A stretch of 38,071 nt of DNA from Octopus sinensis (GCF_006345805.1 NW_021835784.1:1-38071); one strand, 5' to 3'. Shown: positions 11,899 to 24,265, counted from the first letter of the stretch. The notes: generated by a model from the sequence alone, not told the origin. Numbers and translations are program-made.

Positions 11899-12589
11899 TA
11901 TATATATATATATATATAAAAAGCTAAACGAAGCAAAAATCTTTGGACATGTTCGCTAGGTTTGTAAATTTTTAACAGAACATTAGCTCTCTGAAATAAC
12001 ACTGATTTCATAAAAGTGTACTATTTCAAGATTTAGAACTGCATTAGTAATAACAGCGTTTAAGAGGGCCATCTGGCTCTGAGCCTTATAACTATATCAA
12101 ATCAGTGAGAACTAAAAACTACATACTGGGTTTGTATAAGTGTATTAAGTCTTATGAATTATTAAATACACTAGGGTTGATCAAATAAACTAGACTAGAT
12201 CTTCGATCAATGATCAAACTGGGTTTAAGTATCGTTAACGGGGAAGGAGATGATTTTTTTCTTTGGTATGGAAGTTAGGCTATCAAAGGTAGCTTTTCTC
12301 ATGTGAAAGGATTGATACTGTGGCTGTAAGCGAACGAAACGTTCGTCAATCAGGCATTAGCACTACTGCTTACAACTGACAACAAATAAGCCTCTGCACC
12401 AGTCATATGATACTCTCTCAAGAAGCGAGCAGCAGGAGACAAAGTCCATCATCAGGTGGGCTGCGCTGCAAAAGGATGTCAAGGTAATATTTCGTCAGGC
12501 GCACCATTCAGAAACTCTTGTGGGCTACAGTTTGCCAACGCCTGCTCTACATGGTGGCTATACACGCTAGAAGTAGCAGCCAAATCCCC

Positions 12590-12946
12590 CGCCGTGGTGA
12601 TCTCATTCTTGCTCACAACATCATAAGCGGAAAGTGTAATCTCTCGAAAGAGCTGTTCTTCACTCCTGCTCCAGAGCGTCGGCTGCGGGGTCACTCCGGA
12701 AAGCTCTATCTGCGACGATTTCATCTCAATCAAAGGAGAGGGGCTTTCTCCGTCCGGGTTGCGGATCCGTGGAATAAGCTGCCGGACGAGATAGTGAAGA
12801 TGCCGACGACCGCTCGGTTCAAAGTCTCTCTTGACCAGAAATGGCCTGAACTCTTTGCATGAACACCCTCCCTGTACATAACTCCATGCCCCGCCTACAT
12901 GGCCTTGCTTTTTGCTTTTTGAGCTAAAAAATTAACTTAACTTAAC
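12590..12946 (+). mobile_element. 5'-truncated CR1-type LINE 3' end
   Basis: RRGDLILAHNIISG...LRGHSGKLY...RRGAFSVRVADPWNKLPDEIVK...FKVSLD is the classic CR1 ORF2 C-terminus; 3' UTR ends in (ttaac)x3. Confidence 0.9.
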
Positions 12947-13262
12947 AAATAACACCCTGCTGCCTTAAAAGGGGCACACTGTGTTGTTCAGGAATAAAAT
13001 TTTGCTGTTAAATAAAGGAAGGGTAATGGCTTGAACGCTTTTGATGCAAGGTTTCCGAAAGGCAGGCTAGCCTGGGGTTAAATAGCAGTAGTGACAAGGA
13101 ACTTATTTATCAAACTGATCCCTACTCAGTGATGACTGGACTCGTCAGTTGAGCATTAAGTACTTTGGTCAGAGACGCAACAAATTGCTGTTCCCCCTCC
13201 CCCACCATCTTCAACTCGCTGCCCTGTACCTTGTTGTTTCGGCTATCTATTATGAAGTAATG

Positions 13263-13372
13263 GAAGGCGGCGAGCTGGCAGAATCGTTAGCACGCCGGGC
13301 GAGATGCTTAGCGGTATTTCGTCTGCCACTACGTTCTGAGTTCAAATTCCGCTGAGGTCGACTTTGCCTTTC
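13263..13372 (+). mobile_element. SINE family A, 5' portion
   Basis: Matches 1213-1325. Confidence 0.88.
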
Positions 13373-13555
13373 AGCCTCGTCTACAACAAGACGACCAAAG
13401 TTTTATTTCTTTTTCCAAGGTCTGGGGTCTCCCGCCCCCAAGCCCTCCCTAGACCATCACCTAATCACTCTTACCCGTCTTGTTGCTTAACAACAACAAC
13501 AACAACAGCAGCAGCAGCAGCAGCTCGGGTTGAGCGGACACTGTCGCCCACGTAC

Positions 13556-13585
13556 CTTGGACACCCACACGCAGTGCACTGCCGG
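13556..13585 (-). other. Candidate 30-nt microexon
   Basis: Minus strand: gttgcttgtatttcttcag|CCGGCAGTGCACTGCGTGTGGGTGTCCAAG|gtacgt; good acceptor and donor, length divisible by 3, no stop in any phase. Confidence 0.3.
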
Positions 13586-15284
13586 CTGAAGAAATACAAG
13601 CAACTCTTTTGAATGTTATTTTTGCACCTATTGACTCCACCCGCTATGATACTCTCTTTACACAAATATCCCAGCTGCAGAGATGTGTACTAAACATTCA
13701 TAAGTAGACATGGATTCCCCACTATAACACCAAAGAATGACAACTATTTCTTTTGGTATCAAGTTACTATACCTATAAATACAATCATACTATATACATA
13801 TCACCAAGGTATTCTTTTACAAAACCCTTTTATTTTTGTTACTTTTTTAACTATTTTTTTTCTTATGTATTGTTTGTTTCTGGAAATATTATTTTTATTA
13901 CTCCCACCATTCCTCACACTCGTATATCTCTATTTCTTTTTCTTTTTCTTTTTATTTCTTTTGCTCTAATTCCCTTTGGTCCCTATCAAGACATATAATG
14001 ACCTTGGGAAAAAGCATGAACCTCACAACAACTCTTGTTCATGAAGGGAATATGATAACTTGCTTCGATCACAAAATATTCGTAATAGATTGCTTCTTGT
14101 ATCAATTCTTGGTGGAAATAAATATTTATTTTTGCAATCATCCATTTTATCTACAAATGGTTAACTGGAACCAATCAAATTTATTTCATAAATCGCAAAG
14201 ACACTTTAATCCATTAAAAGTTCACACGTCATGAACAAAACAAAACAAAAAACATCTCATTGCTTCTCTAATTGTTGTCATTTTGATTAATTGTAATTTC
14301 TAGGTAAGTATGCTAGTAGCCACTTAACTATTAGTTTTTCAGTCAGCAAGCGTCCCTAGGTATTTCTCTTCAGTCATTCATCAGAAGTGTACACATGTTT
14401 CAGTGATATCACTGTTTACAAAATGCAATTACTGAGTTTGCCTCAATGATATCGCTATGTGTTTAGGATGCGATATATCCGTTTATTTGTGTTTATTCCA
14501 CTAATTTTATGATATGTTTAAGGCGGTTTACTATTCATTTTAACACTATTACAATGACCTGCTAGTAATAACACTTCTCTAAACTCTTATATTATTTTTT
14601 CTTATATTTGATTAGGGTAATCTTTCCCGAAATATTATAGAAGCATTTAACAACTTATGTCGAGTAATACAATACCTTTTCTTTGCTTTTATTTTTTGGT
14701 GTCACCTAAGATATTTTATTTAACGGTTTTCTAAAAAGACGTGTTTAGGTTATACGATTACTGAGTTTCTAACATGTGTTTAAGATGCAAGATCAATCAA
14801 TGCGTTCGTTTCAATAATAAAAAAATGGGTCTTTAGAAAATAAAGTTATGGATTTGTTCTCATTCATATCAATATGTGCATAAGTTAATGTTATAACGAT
14901 ATCAAATGAGCGACAAAGAGAAACTTCCAAGTGAGTAGAGTTTGCATGTAAATTTCCTTCTATTGGTTGAAGTCAGTTCATTGGTAGCACGAGCGTCGAA
15001 GAGGGAGTTGCAATATGATCGCGATATCACTGAGATATAGCAACTGATCACCTCATATCACATTCTATCATTCTAAAAAAAGGAAAGGTACCCTGGATAA
15101 TGTATATCTGAAGAAAGAAAGGGAAGAGGATTGGGACATGGAAGATCTTTGATCATGGGTCAGTTGGATTAGGAGTGACCTAGAGTTTAGGTCAGTTGGG
15201 TTAGGAGTGACCCAGAGTTAAACAACTAGGACAACCGATGCTACAAATGCTCTAGAGAAGAGCATAAACATCACCAAGTCTCAT

Positions 15285-15600
15285 ATGTGGAGACACATGG
15301 CCTAGTGGTTAGAGCAGCGGACTCGTGGTCGAGGGATCGCGGGTTCGAATCTCAGACCGGGCGATGTGTGTGTTTATGAGCGAAACCACCTAAGCTCCTT
15401 GCGGCTCCGGCAGAAGATAATGGCGAACTTCTGCTGACTCTTTCGTCACAACTTTCTCTCACTCTTTCCTCCTGCTCTTGCAGCTCACCTGCGACGGACC
15501 GGCGTCCAGTCCAGGTGGGGAACCTATACGCCAAGAAACCGGGAAACAGGCCCTTATGGGCTAGACATGGCTCGAGAAGGAACAAAAATTATATTTAACT
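15285..15600 (+). mobile_element. tRNA-derived SINE family D, full length
   Basis: A box tggcctagtgg, B box ggttcgaatc; 9-bp TSD aagtctcat at 15276-15284 and 15601-15609. Confidence 0.88.
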
Positions 15601-15665
15601 AAGTCTCATTGACGTTCCCTATAAATATGTGGCCTTCTGCTGGATGAAATCCGCGTACTTAGAGC

Positions 15666-16108
15666 ACAGTAGGTGCTGAAAAGTTCCTGGCTTTAACCCT
15701 TTAGCATTTAAACTGGCCATATCCGGCCAAAAGTATTCTGCCTGTTTTATGTTCAAACTGGCCAGATCTGGTCTCTCACACCAACCCTACAATATCGTTT
15801 TAAAAATTAACAGCTACCTCATCAAAATCTCATAGCTACAAGATAATGCATGATTAGTTCAAAACAATGTGGATAAAAAGGGATTAATTTTGGCAGAATA
15901 ATGTGAACACTAAAGGGTTAAGGTTATCGCGAAAGGCCTGGTTGGGGGCCTAACCTTCCGGGTTCTTTTACAGGGCTAGGAAAAACTGAAGGACCGCTGT
16001 AATAAGAGTGTGAATCTTAGAAGGGAATATTTCAGATAAAATCATAATTAACTGATACACCTGTGTTTTCTTTTAACCAAACCCAGGAACTTTTCAGCTC
16101 CCTCTCGT
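15666..16108. mobile_element. Tc1/mariner MITE carrying a nested piggyBac MITE
   Basis: TIRs ...gtgctgaaaagttcctggcttt and aaacccaggaacttttcagctccctctcgt. Confidence 0.75.
15697..15917. mobile_element. piggyBac-type MITE, 221 bp
   Basis: TTAA at 15693-15696 and 15918-15921; termini CCCTTTAG...CTAAAGGG. Confidence 0.88.
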
Positions 16109-16477
16109 GGTGTGTAACGACAGCACTTTGTATTTAGAGCATTGCTAAATTTATTTCGTTACCTGTTTAGATATTACATTACACGTGTTTAGATTATAGA
16201 ATTACCGTGCTGGTTCCACAACCAAACCATTTATTCAGGACACACCTAGCTTTATTTCGTTAAGTGATTAGACATTACATTACACGTATTTCGGGTATAG
16301 AATTACGATGTGGTATTCCACAATAGGAGCATATATTCAGAGCTTTATTTTACGATATGTTTACATATTGTATGCGTTCGTTTTGATATTATCTATATAA
16401 ATTTAGAATAAAATTGGAATGCCGTGATGGATCTAGATTACGACAATAAAGCATTTCTTTCTGAAGCTATCAATCTT

Positions 16478-16985
16478 TACGTACATACCTACATACATAC
16501 ATACATACATACATACATACATACATACATGCGTACATACACACGTACGTACATACATACATACATACATACATACATACATACATACATACATACATAC
16601 ATACATGCGTACATACATACATGCGTACATACATACATACGTACGTACATACATGCGTACGTACGTACGTATATACATACATACGTACATACGTACATAC
16701 ATACATACGTACATACATACATACGTACGTACATACATACATACGTACATACATACATACGTACGTACATACATACATACATATATACATACATACATTC
16801 ATAGACACATACATACATACATACACACACACATACATACACATACATACATACATACACACGCACACACGCACACATACATACATACATACTTACATAC
16901 ATACATACCTACTTACCTACATACATATACATACATACATAGATACATACATACACACACACACACACACATACATATATATATA
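16478..16985. repeat. (CATA)n/(CGTA)n microsatellite
   Basis: Direct inspection. Confidence 0.97.
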
Positions 16986-17380
16986 ATTAACTCGTTTGTT
17001 TCTATTGCAAGATGCTCTCCAGTCAGAGAAACGGGAGGGAAATACGATATTTGTTGATAAAACCATAACAAGATAAGGCTAACTACAAACTTATCTTGAT
17101 CTTGTTTCCATCACTTATCAAAAATGTAGCCATTATTTATGAAGTGATGATTAATCTAACAAGACAGTTAACGCTTTCCAGCATCGATTTATTAGAGAGA
17201 GAAGTGATGGAGACGGAGATTAACTAATTCAAATTAAAGACATTATCAGCGCTGGATCATCTTTCATCATAAATCTTGAAACACCCTTAACGTTACCACA
17301 AAAGCTTCATCATCATTGTTCGACCGTGGTCGAGACAATGGAATTTACTATGCTATGCCAGACTTCACGGTCTATCATAT

Positions 17381-17610
17381 ATTTCTTTATTGCCCACAAG
17401 GGGCTAAACATAGAGGGGACAAACAAAGACAGACAAAGGGATTAAGTCAACTACATCGACCCCAGTGCGCAACTGGTACTTTATTTATCGACCCCGAAAG
17501 GATGAAAGGCAAAGTCGACCTCGGCGGTGTTTGAACCCAGAACGTAACGACAGACGAAATACTGCTGAGCATTTCGCCCGGCGTGCTAACGCTTCTGCCA
17601 GCTCGCCGCC
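17381..17610 (-). mobile_element. SINE family A, single unit
   Basis: Reverse complement of 1213-1445. Confidence 0.9.
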
Positions 17611-17789
17611 GCTAATATCATAGCATTACGGAGGTTCTGTTGCTGGATGCCTGTATCCTTGGAGATTACATCTGGGTAGCTACATAGCTTAGGTCTCTCA
17701 TATAAGCAAGCTTTTTACCACTTCTACCCGAACTTACGCAATGAGACTATCTCACCTCTTTCTGTCATTTCCAAGCTCTCTGTATATCT

Positions 17790-17960
17790 CGTGATGAATG
17801 TACGTGGTGTAGTGACAAATGACAAAGACAGGTGTATGAACAACAAGCAGGTGTAATTAGTTTGACACTCGGGAAGGTGAGAAAGTTTTTTACGCTTCGA
17901 GCCTACGCTCTTTAACAGAAAGGAATAAGAGAAAATAAACAGAGAGAGAATGAAAAAAAA
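17790..17960 (-). mobile_element. Penelope-like fragment with degenerate minimal hammerhead motif
   Basis: Minus strand 17922-17887: CTTT CTGTTAA A GAGC GTAG GCTC GAA GCGT A AAAA, same layout as 26942-26976. Confidence 0.5.
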
Positions 17961-17989
17961 TATGTATATATTTGTATGTATGTATTTTT

Positions 17990-18200
17990 GTGTCTGTGTT
18001 CCCCCTACCATCGCTTGACAACCGACGTTGGTGTGTTTACGTCCCCGTAACTTAGCGGTTCAGTAAAAGAGACAGAGCGAGCGATGTGTTGTGTTTTTGA
18101 ATGAAACACTTCATTTCACATTGCTCCTATCCACCCAGCTGTAAATGAGTTACCCTATGACTGGCTGGCGTCCTGTTCAGATGTGTTGTGATCTCCGTCA
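17990..18200 (+). mobile_element. SINE B tail fragment followed by diverged SINE C body
   Basis: gcttgacaaccgacgttggtgtgtttacgtccccgtaac, then aaacacttcatttcacattgctcc...gactggctggcgtcc. Confidence 0.65.
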
Positions 18201-19350
18201 CTTATACACTGTAGAGACTGGGTACTCGGCCTTATGAATCCCACAACTCGAGACAATTGTGTCCAGGGGTTGACGATGATGCATTTGCTGCTGCTGCTGC
18301 GACCGGTGATGATATTCGTCTCGTGAAAACATGGATCTATACAAAGAACGGCCTTGAGCAAAGTATTTTGTAATTATGGTAAGAAAGAGAAAGTTAAGGT
18401 CACCTTTTATAATGAAACCATGTCAACAATGCGAAAAGAACAAGGTGTAGAACGAGAGGAGGGGTGAAGATTTGAAAGGTAAACTGAGAAGTACAGAGAG
18501 GGTGACGGGGGTTGGTTAGGTGGAGTAATATACAGAAAAAGTCTATGGGATACGTCTCTCTAGTTACAGCCGCACCCCTTTATACTTTCCTCCGGTAAAT
18601 ATGAGGTAGAGAATGTCAAATAACTTAGAAGGCACTTCGACCACCACCCTGCTACAACCATCCTATTAATGTTGTCGGGTAGGAGGTAGGCTGGAGTGTT
18701 ACAGTCTGGGGTGTTAAAACAGAGACCGAGGACAAAAAGGTATGTTGTAGCGGTAATTGTGGTATTGATCAGCAGTTACCCGTGCATGCAAGTTTGGTCT
18801 CTCCAGGACACCGATGTTGCCCAAGAAGAAAAGCTAACCTGGCAACAGGTGTGTCGACTAAAACGTTGCTGTAAGGACAGAAAGAGCCAGACAGACATTC
18901 CTTAATCAATCAAACATGGCCAGAAATTGACGACCACACATTTTTGCATTCGTCTACGTAGTCTGCAGGACAAACATTCTCTATTTCGATATCCCCGCGC
19001 CCCCACACACACATACACACACAAACACACACACATATATACACGAATACATACGTATATATACATACATACACACACATATATATATATATACATATAT
19101 ATATATGCACATATATATACACATATATATACAAATATATATATATACACACATATATATATATACAGATATATATGTACACACATATATATACATATAT
19201 ATATATATACACATATATATATACATATATATACACACATATATACATATGACCGCGATAGTACCAGCTATAGGCACGCATGTGCAGAAGGTAGTGTAAC
19301 AATAATTAAGATATTGTATGGCGTAAGTGCGGATAATTTTTGACTTACCC

Positions 19351-19408
<58 letters not shown>

Positions 19409-20221
19409 ATGATGTTGGTCTCTCTTGGTTTCAACGTATGAGGATCCGACAACCTACACTTTCTTTGTCAGTCAAAATGCTTATGTCGAATGTGACCTGC
19501 GAGTCTCATCAACGATTTGCAAAGAAGCTTGCAAATGTTGCAAGTGTGAGGATTACGGGCCAAATGCAAGCGGTATATTTGCAGCCGCTTTTCTCCTTTG
19601 CTTTATAACCCTTAACCTGTTAAAGCTGGTTGAAACAAAGCCTTTTATACCATTTTGACACGACAATCTCCATTTTGTTCGCTCCAAGGCTGTTTGCTCA
19701 AAGATGTTTTGAGCTATATTAACTGCTGAGCGGGTTACTCTTCAGCTTATATTTAAACCATAGTCGATCAACTTACTTGTACTTGTATTTGTGGCGACAT
19801 TCACCGTGGTGAGTATGTGTGGGTGTGTGTTAAACTGAAAAATTCAATAATTTCGTTACACCCGAACAGAGTAACGGTATCTGTGTACAAGAAATTCGGA
19901 GTATTCTGTTTATTGATAAATTCTATAAGCTCATGTATTCACTGTATTCTTCAGAGGAATGCGCATGTGTGTAATTAGGACAGTGTTGCATTTATAAGGG
20001 AGATAAATTCGATGCTACCACGTTACCGTATTACACCTACATTTTATATTCAAGTGTTGCAGGATTTTGTTTCGAATGACCTCTAACAGTTACGTTTCCA
20101 ATTTAGAACAGATATAGCAAACCCAATGATAAGAGAAACGGAAAGTATTTCATAGAAATAACTATAAAATGCTTCCCATTACGACCACCACCACCCAAAC
20201 CCTCTCCACTGTTTAAGGCTT

Positions 20222-20233
20222 CTCTCTCTCTCC

Positions 20234-20268
<35 letters not shown>

Positions 20269-20477
20269 AATCTATATATATATAAAATATAATATAAATA
20301 TATAACATATACATATATATATATAAACTATATTAATATAAATATATAATATACATTACACATATATATATATAAATATATATATATAAATATATACATA
20401 TACATATACACATATATATATATAAATAGATTATATATAAATATATAACATATACATATACACATATTATATATAAA

Positions 20478-20508
<31 letters not shown>

Positions 20509-20695
20509 ATACACATATATATATATAATATATATATATATATAAATATATACCATATATAATATAAATATATATATATATATAAATATATACATATATA
20601 TATATAAATATATATATATATAAATATATACATATACACATATATATTATATAATATATACATATACATATATAATATATATATTATATATATAT

Positions 20696-20729
<34 letters not shown>

Positions 20730-20730
20730 A
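20222..20730. repeat. (CT)n followed by long degenerate (TA)n
   Basis: Direct inspection. Confidence 0.96.
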
Positions 20731-21242
20731 GTAGTGGTGTGGTTAAGAAATGTGTTATTCTTTGAAGATATCTTAGATACACTTCACACCTATCTGGAAT
20801 ATCGTATTTCAGATAATCTTTCACTTCCAACTCTGCACACACAAACACACACACCTACACACACACGCACACACATATGTAAATGTGTGTGTATATATAT
20901 AATATATATATATATATATACGTGTGTGTGTGTGTGTGTGTGTGTGTAAACACACATATATCATCAGGTGATATTCACCGCATCTCAATTTCATATACCC
21001 CCCCACTCACTATTTGTCTAGTATTATCATCACAGATATCTCCCTCAGTGTTATCACTAACACAATACCACCTCAGTAGTACCAACACGGTAAGCACCCC
21101 ACCTTACCCCCACCTCACCCCACCCCCACCTCAGTAGCCTCTACCCCCACCCCCATCGATAACATTATTAACCCCATTACCAACATCATCAGAACCACAT
21201 TAGCCACCACTGGTTGTGGTGAGAAACAAATTGATGACTTGA

Positions 21243-22030
21243 TATCTAAGTTATACATCTAGATTAGAAGAAGTTAATGAAGACGACTTTGACTATAGCA
21301 AAAAAAACATCGCAGAACTTTGGCAACTGGAATCGCATTTAACAGTTTTCGCACAAGAAAACCTGACTGACCTCATTTTCGGCCTGGAAGCATTAACACA
21401 CCAAAGATAAAGCAAAATAGGCCCAATGGATTAGATAGGGATCTATATATGTATGACTCTATATATGTATAAGGCCGCGTGCTGGCAGACTCGTTAGCGC
21501 GCCGGGCGAAATGCTTAGCGGTATTTCGTCTGTCGTTACGTTCTGAGTTCAAATTCCGCCGAGGTCGACTTTACCTTTCATCTTTTCGGGGTCGATAAAT
21601 AAAGTACCAGTTTCGCACTGGGCGGGGGGGGGTCGATGTAATCGACTTAATCCCTTTGTCTGTCCTTGTTTGTCCCCTCTATGTTTAACCCCTTGTGGGC
21701 AATAAAGAAATATATATATGTATGACTCTCGTAGCAATAAGGGAACGCGGAACTTATTTCTACGCGCTCCAAAGAAGGGTCCCCAACTTAGTCAGTCGAA
21801 CCCCTCGGAACAACAACAAACTCTTCCTCGAATTACATCCCGACACGTTAAATAATATCCCCGATAAAAAAAAAGAGTGGGATAGTTGAAATCTTTTTGA
21901 AACTAAATCCCTTGGCTCTTGGTCTCAATTCACTTATAAGTGGAGAGAGTAACGGATTAGATATGTACCTCTAATGGGAATGTTACCTTTGGCAAGAATT
22001 ACAGCTGGCCAGAACAAGAGAGAAATTTGA
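21243..22030 (+). pseudogene. Decayed unidentified reading frame interrupted by a SINE (TE, endogenous viral element or retrocopy)
   Basis: Frame TSRLEEVNEDDFDYSKKNIAELWQLESHL... continues into ...ICMTLVAIRERGTYFYALQRRVPNLVS... once 21461-21729 is removed; several in-frame stops; no family recognised. Confidence 0.4.
21471..21712 (+). mobile_element. SINE family A with 17-bp TSD
   Basis: TSD tatatatgtatgactct at 21444-21460 and 21713-21729. Confidence 0.9.
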
Positions 22031-22216
22031 TTGTCCATATCTTGCCTTTGCTTATGTTCATAACAAAGCCATATGATTCTCGCTGGATAAGTCAACCTAG
22101 GTGTAAAGAGTTATCACAGAAGCAGTACACATCATTAGAAACAGCAGAATGCATTGTGTAATTAAAAATTCGTTTCATTAACCCAGAAAGAATCCGGTTG
22201 TAGATGTGTGGCTAAT

Positions 22217-22221
22217 AAAGA

Positions 22222-22263
<42 letters not shown>

Positions 22264-22304
22264 CCTACCTACCTACCTACCTACCTACCTACCTACCTAC
22301 CTAC

Positions 22305-22371
<67 letters not shown>

Positions 22372-22378
22372 CCTATCT
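22217..22378. repeat. (TCTA)n/(CCTA)n microsatellite
   Basis: Direct inspection. Confidence 0.96.
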
Positions 22379-22547
22379 AAGTTTAAGGTCCATCTATATT
22401 ACTATACATCATTACATTACGTAGACATTTGCCGACGGAATATAAGAATGGTTATCATTAAAGGCTGTAATCAAAAATAGACAAACAGAGGTGAGAGACG
22501 CAGCTACTGGAAGCCGAATCGTATACCTGCTCAGGTAACCTCATACT

Positions 22548-22753
22548 CGTGTGTGTGTGTGTGTGTGTGTGTGCGTGTGTGTGTGTGTATGTGTGTGTGT
22601 GTGTATGTGTGTATGTGGTGTGTGTGTGTATGTATGTGTGTATGCGTGTGTATGTGTGTGCGTGTATGTGTATGTGTGTGTGTATGTGTGTGTGTATGGG
22701 TGTGCGTGTGCATGTGTGTGTATGTGTGTGTGTGTGTGTGCATGTGTGTGTGT

Positions 22754-22793
<40 letters not shown>
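22548..22793. repeat. (GT)n/(GTAT)n microsatellite
   Basis: Direct inspection. Confidence 0.96.
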
Positions 22794-22796
<3 letters not shown>

Positions 22797-23227
22797 GTGC
22801 AGCAGGTATAGAAAACAGACACTTGAAAATGAAATAAATCTCACGCTGAAATAAATCTGCGAAGATCTTGCGGATTCTATGATTTTTGGTAATTCAATAC
22901 GCGACTGGTGGTCGACGACGGTTGGTTGAGAAGGTTTCGTTCTGTTGCTGCTGGATTTTGAGTTGCACGTGAATGGCAAAGGAATGTGGTGCAGTGATAT
23001 ATGAGAAGACGACGATAACGGATGATGATGATGATGATGATGAAGAGGAAAGAAAAGAATTAGGATGATGGAGACAGCAGTGTCAACAACGGCGATGAGG
23101 ATTATAATGGTGAGAGAAGGAAGATGACAACGACATTACAATATTGTCATTATTGGCACGAGGCCAGCAACTTCAGTGGTCAATAAGTACCAATACCGGA
23201 CCCCAATGTTCAATAATTCCGAACCGA

Positions 23228-23345
23228 TCCTTTTGGGGTCGATAAATTAAGCACTAGTGAAACACTGGGGTCGATGAAATTAACTAGTCCCCTCCCTACA
23301 AATTTCAGGTCGTGTGCCTATAGTAGAAAGGATTATTATTATTAT
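23228..23345 (+). mobile_element. SINE family A variant, 3' part with (ATT)n tail
   Basis: ggggtcgataaattaagcac...gtgcctatagtagaaaggattattatt; same ending as 24715-24750. Confidence 0.75.
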
Positions 23346-23438
23346 TGAGTGAGAGAGCAGTGCATGTCATCAAAGTGACACTGGGGTAAAATATACGAAG
23401 CCCTGTATACCCATCATTACTACCCGTCTGATAAGGGT
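23346..23438 (+). repeat. 93-bp duplicate of the left end of the ~555-bp element
   Basis: Near-identical to 23454-23545. Confidence 0.85.
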
Positions 23439-23453
23439 TATTATTATTATTAT

Positions 23454-24005
23454 TGAGTGAGAGAGCAGTTCATGCCATCAAAGTGACACTGAGGTAAAAT
23501 ATACGAAGCCCAGTATACCCATCATGACTACCCGTCTGATAAGGATACATCAGGCACATGCATCACAACCATATGTGCGCGACATGGTGATCTCATATCA
23601 AGATAAACAGCACATGACCTTGCAGGTGGGGCCCAGTTAGAATTTTTTCAGGTTGAGTAGCCCATCCCACTCAAAAGGTCCCTGAATAAGGTTTTTTAAG
23701 GATTTTGAAGAACCCCCATGTTTCCAGAGGTAAATTATCCAAACCTCTAAGAATCCCTCTCAACACATGGCTATGATGCTCCCCCACTACTTCTGCTCGT
23801 GATCAGAGATGCACATATCGTCAGCCACTAAGGGACATGCTCAACTGGTTAAGGTCAAACAACTGACAAGCAAATCTGTGGTATTGAGCAAAATATTTGC
23901 TGTAGCCCATCTTATATACCAAGACAAAACAATGTACATGATAACACTTCCAATCAGTTAAGATCAGAAGCCATGAGAGCCACTGCCTGGTACTGCATCA
24001 GGGCA
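23454..24005 (+). mobile_element. ~555-bp non-coding element in an (ATT)n tract, class unknown
   Basis: Starts TGAGTGAGAG, ends GGGCA, (ATT)n on both sides; inverted near-identical copy at 37342-37897. Confidence 0.85.
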
Positions 24006-24054
<49 letters not shown>

Positions 24055-24055
<1 letters not shown>

Positions 24056-24265
24056 GGTGGCGAACTGGCAGAATCATTAGCACCCTGGACGAAATGCCTA
24101 ACGGTATTTCGCCCGTTGCTACGTTCTGAGTTTATATTCTGCCGAGATCGGCTTTGCTTTTCATACTTTCACTTTTCATACTTTACCATGCATCCTTTCG
24201 GGGTCGATAAATTAAGTATCAATATTTCAGACCTTGTGAGAAAGGATTATTATTATTATTATTAT
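24055..24265 (+). mobile_element. Diverged SINE family A with (ATT)n tail
   Basis: aaggtggcgaactggcagaatc head; atcctttcggggtcgataaattaag body. Confidence 0.8.

Noticed and set aside
13900-14180. Two overlapping open frames on the minus strand (MDDCKNKYLFPPRIDTRSNLL...)
   Set aside because: Short, no recognised motif, ambiguous frame and weak splice signals.
18806-18847. 42-nt exon-like segment (ctctccag|...CAG|gtgtgt)
   Set aside because: Lies in a context (gcatgcaagtttggt...cagacagaca) typical of non-autonomous transposon interiors; likely chance splice signals.
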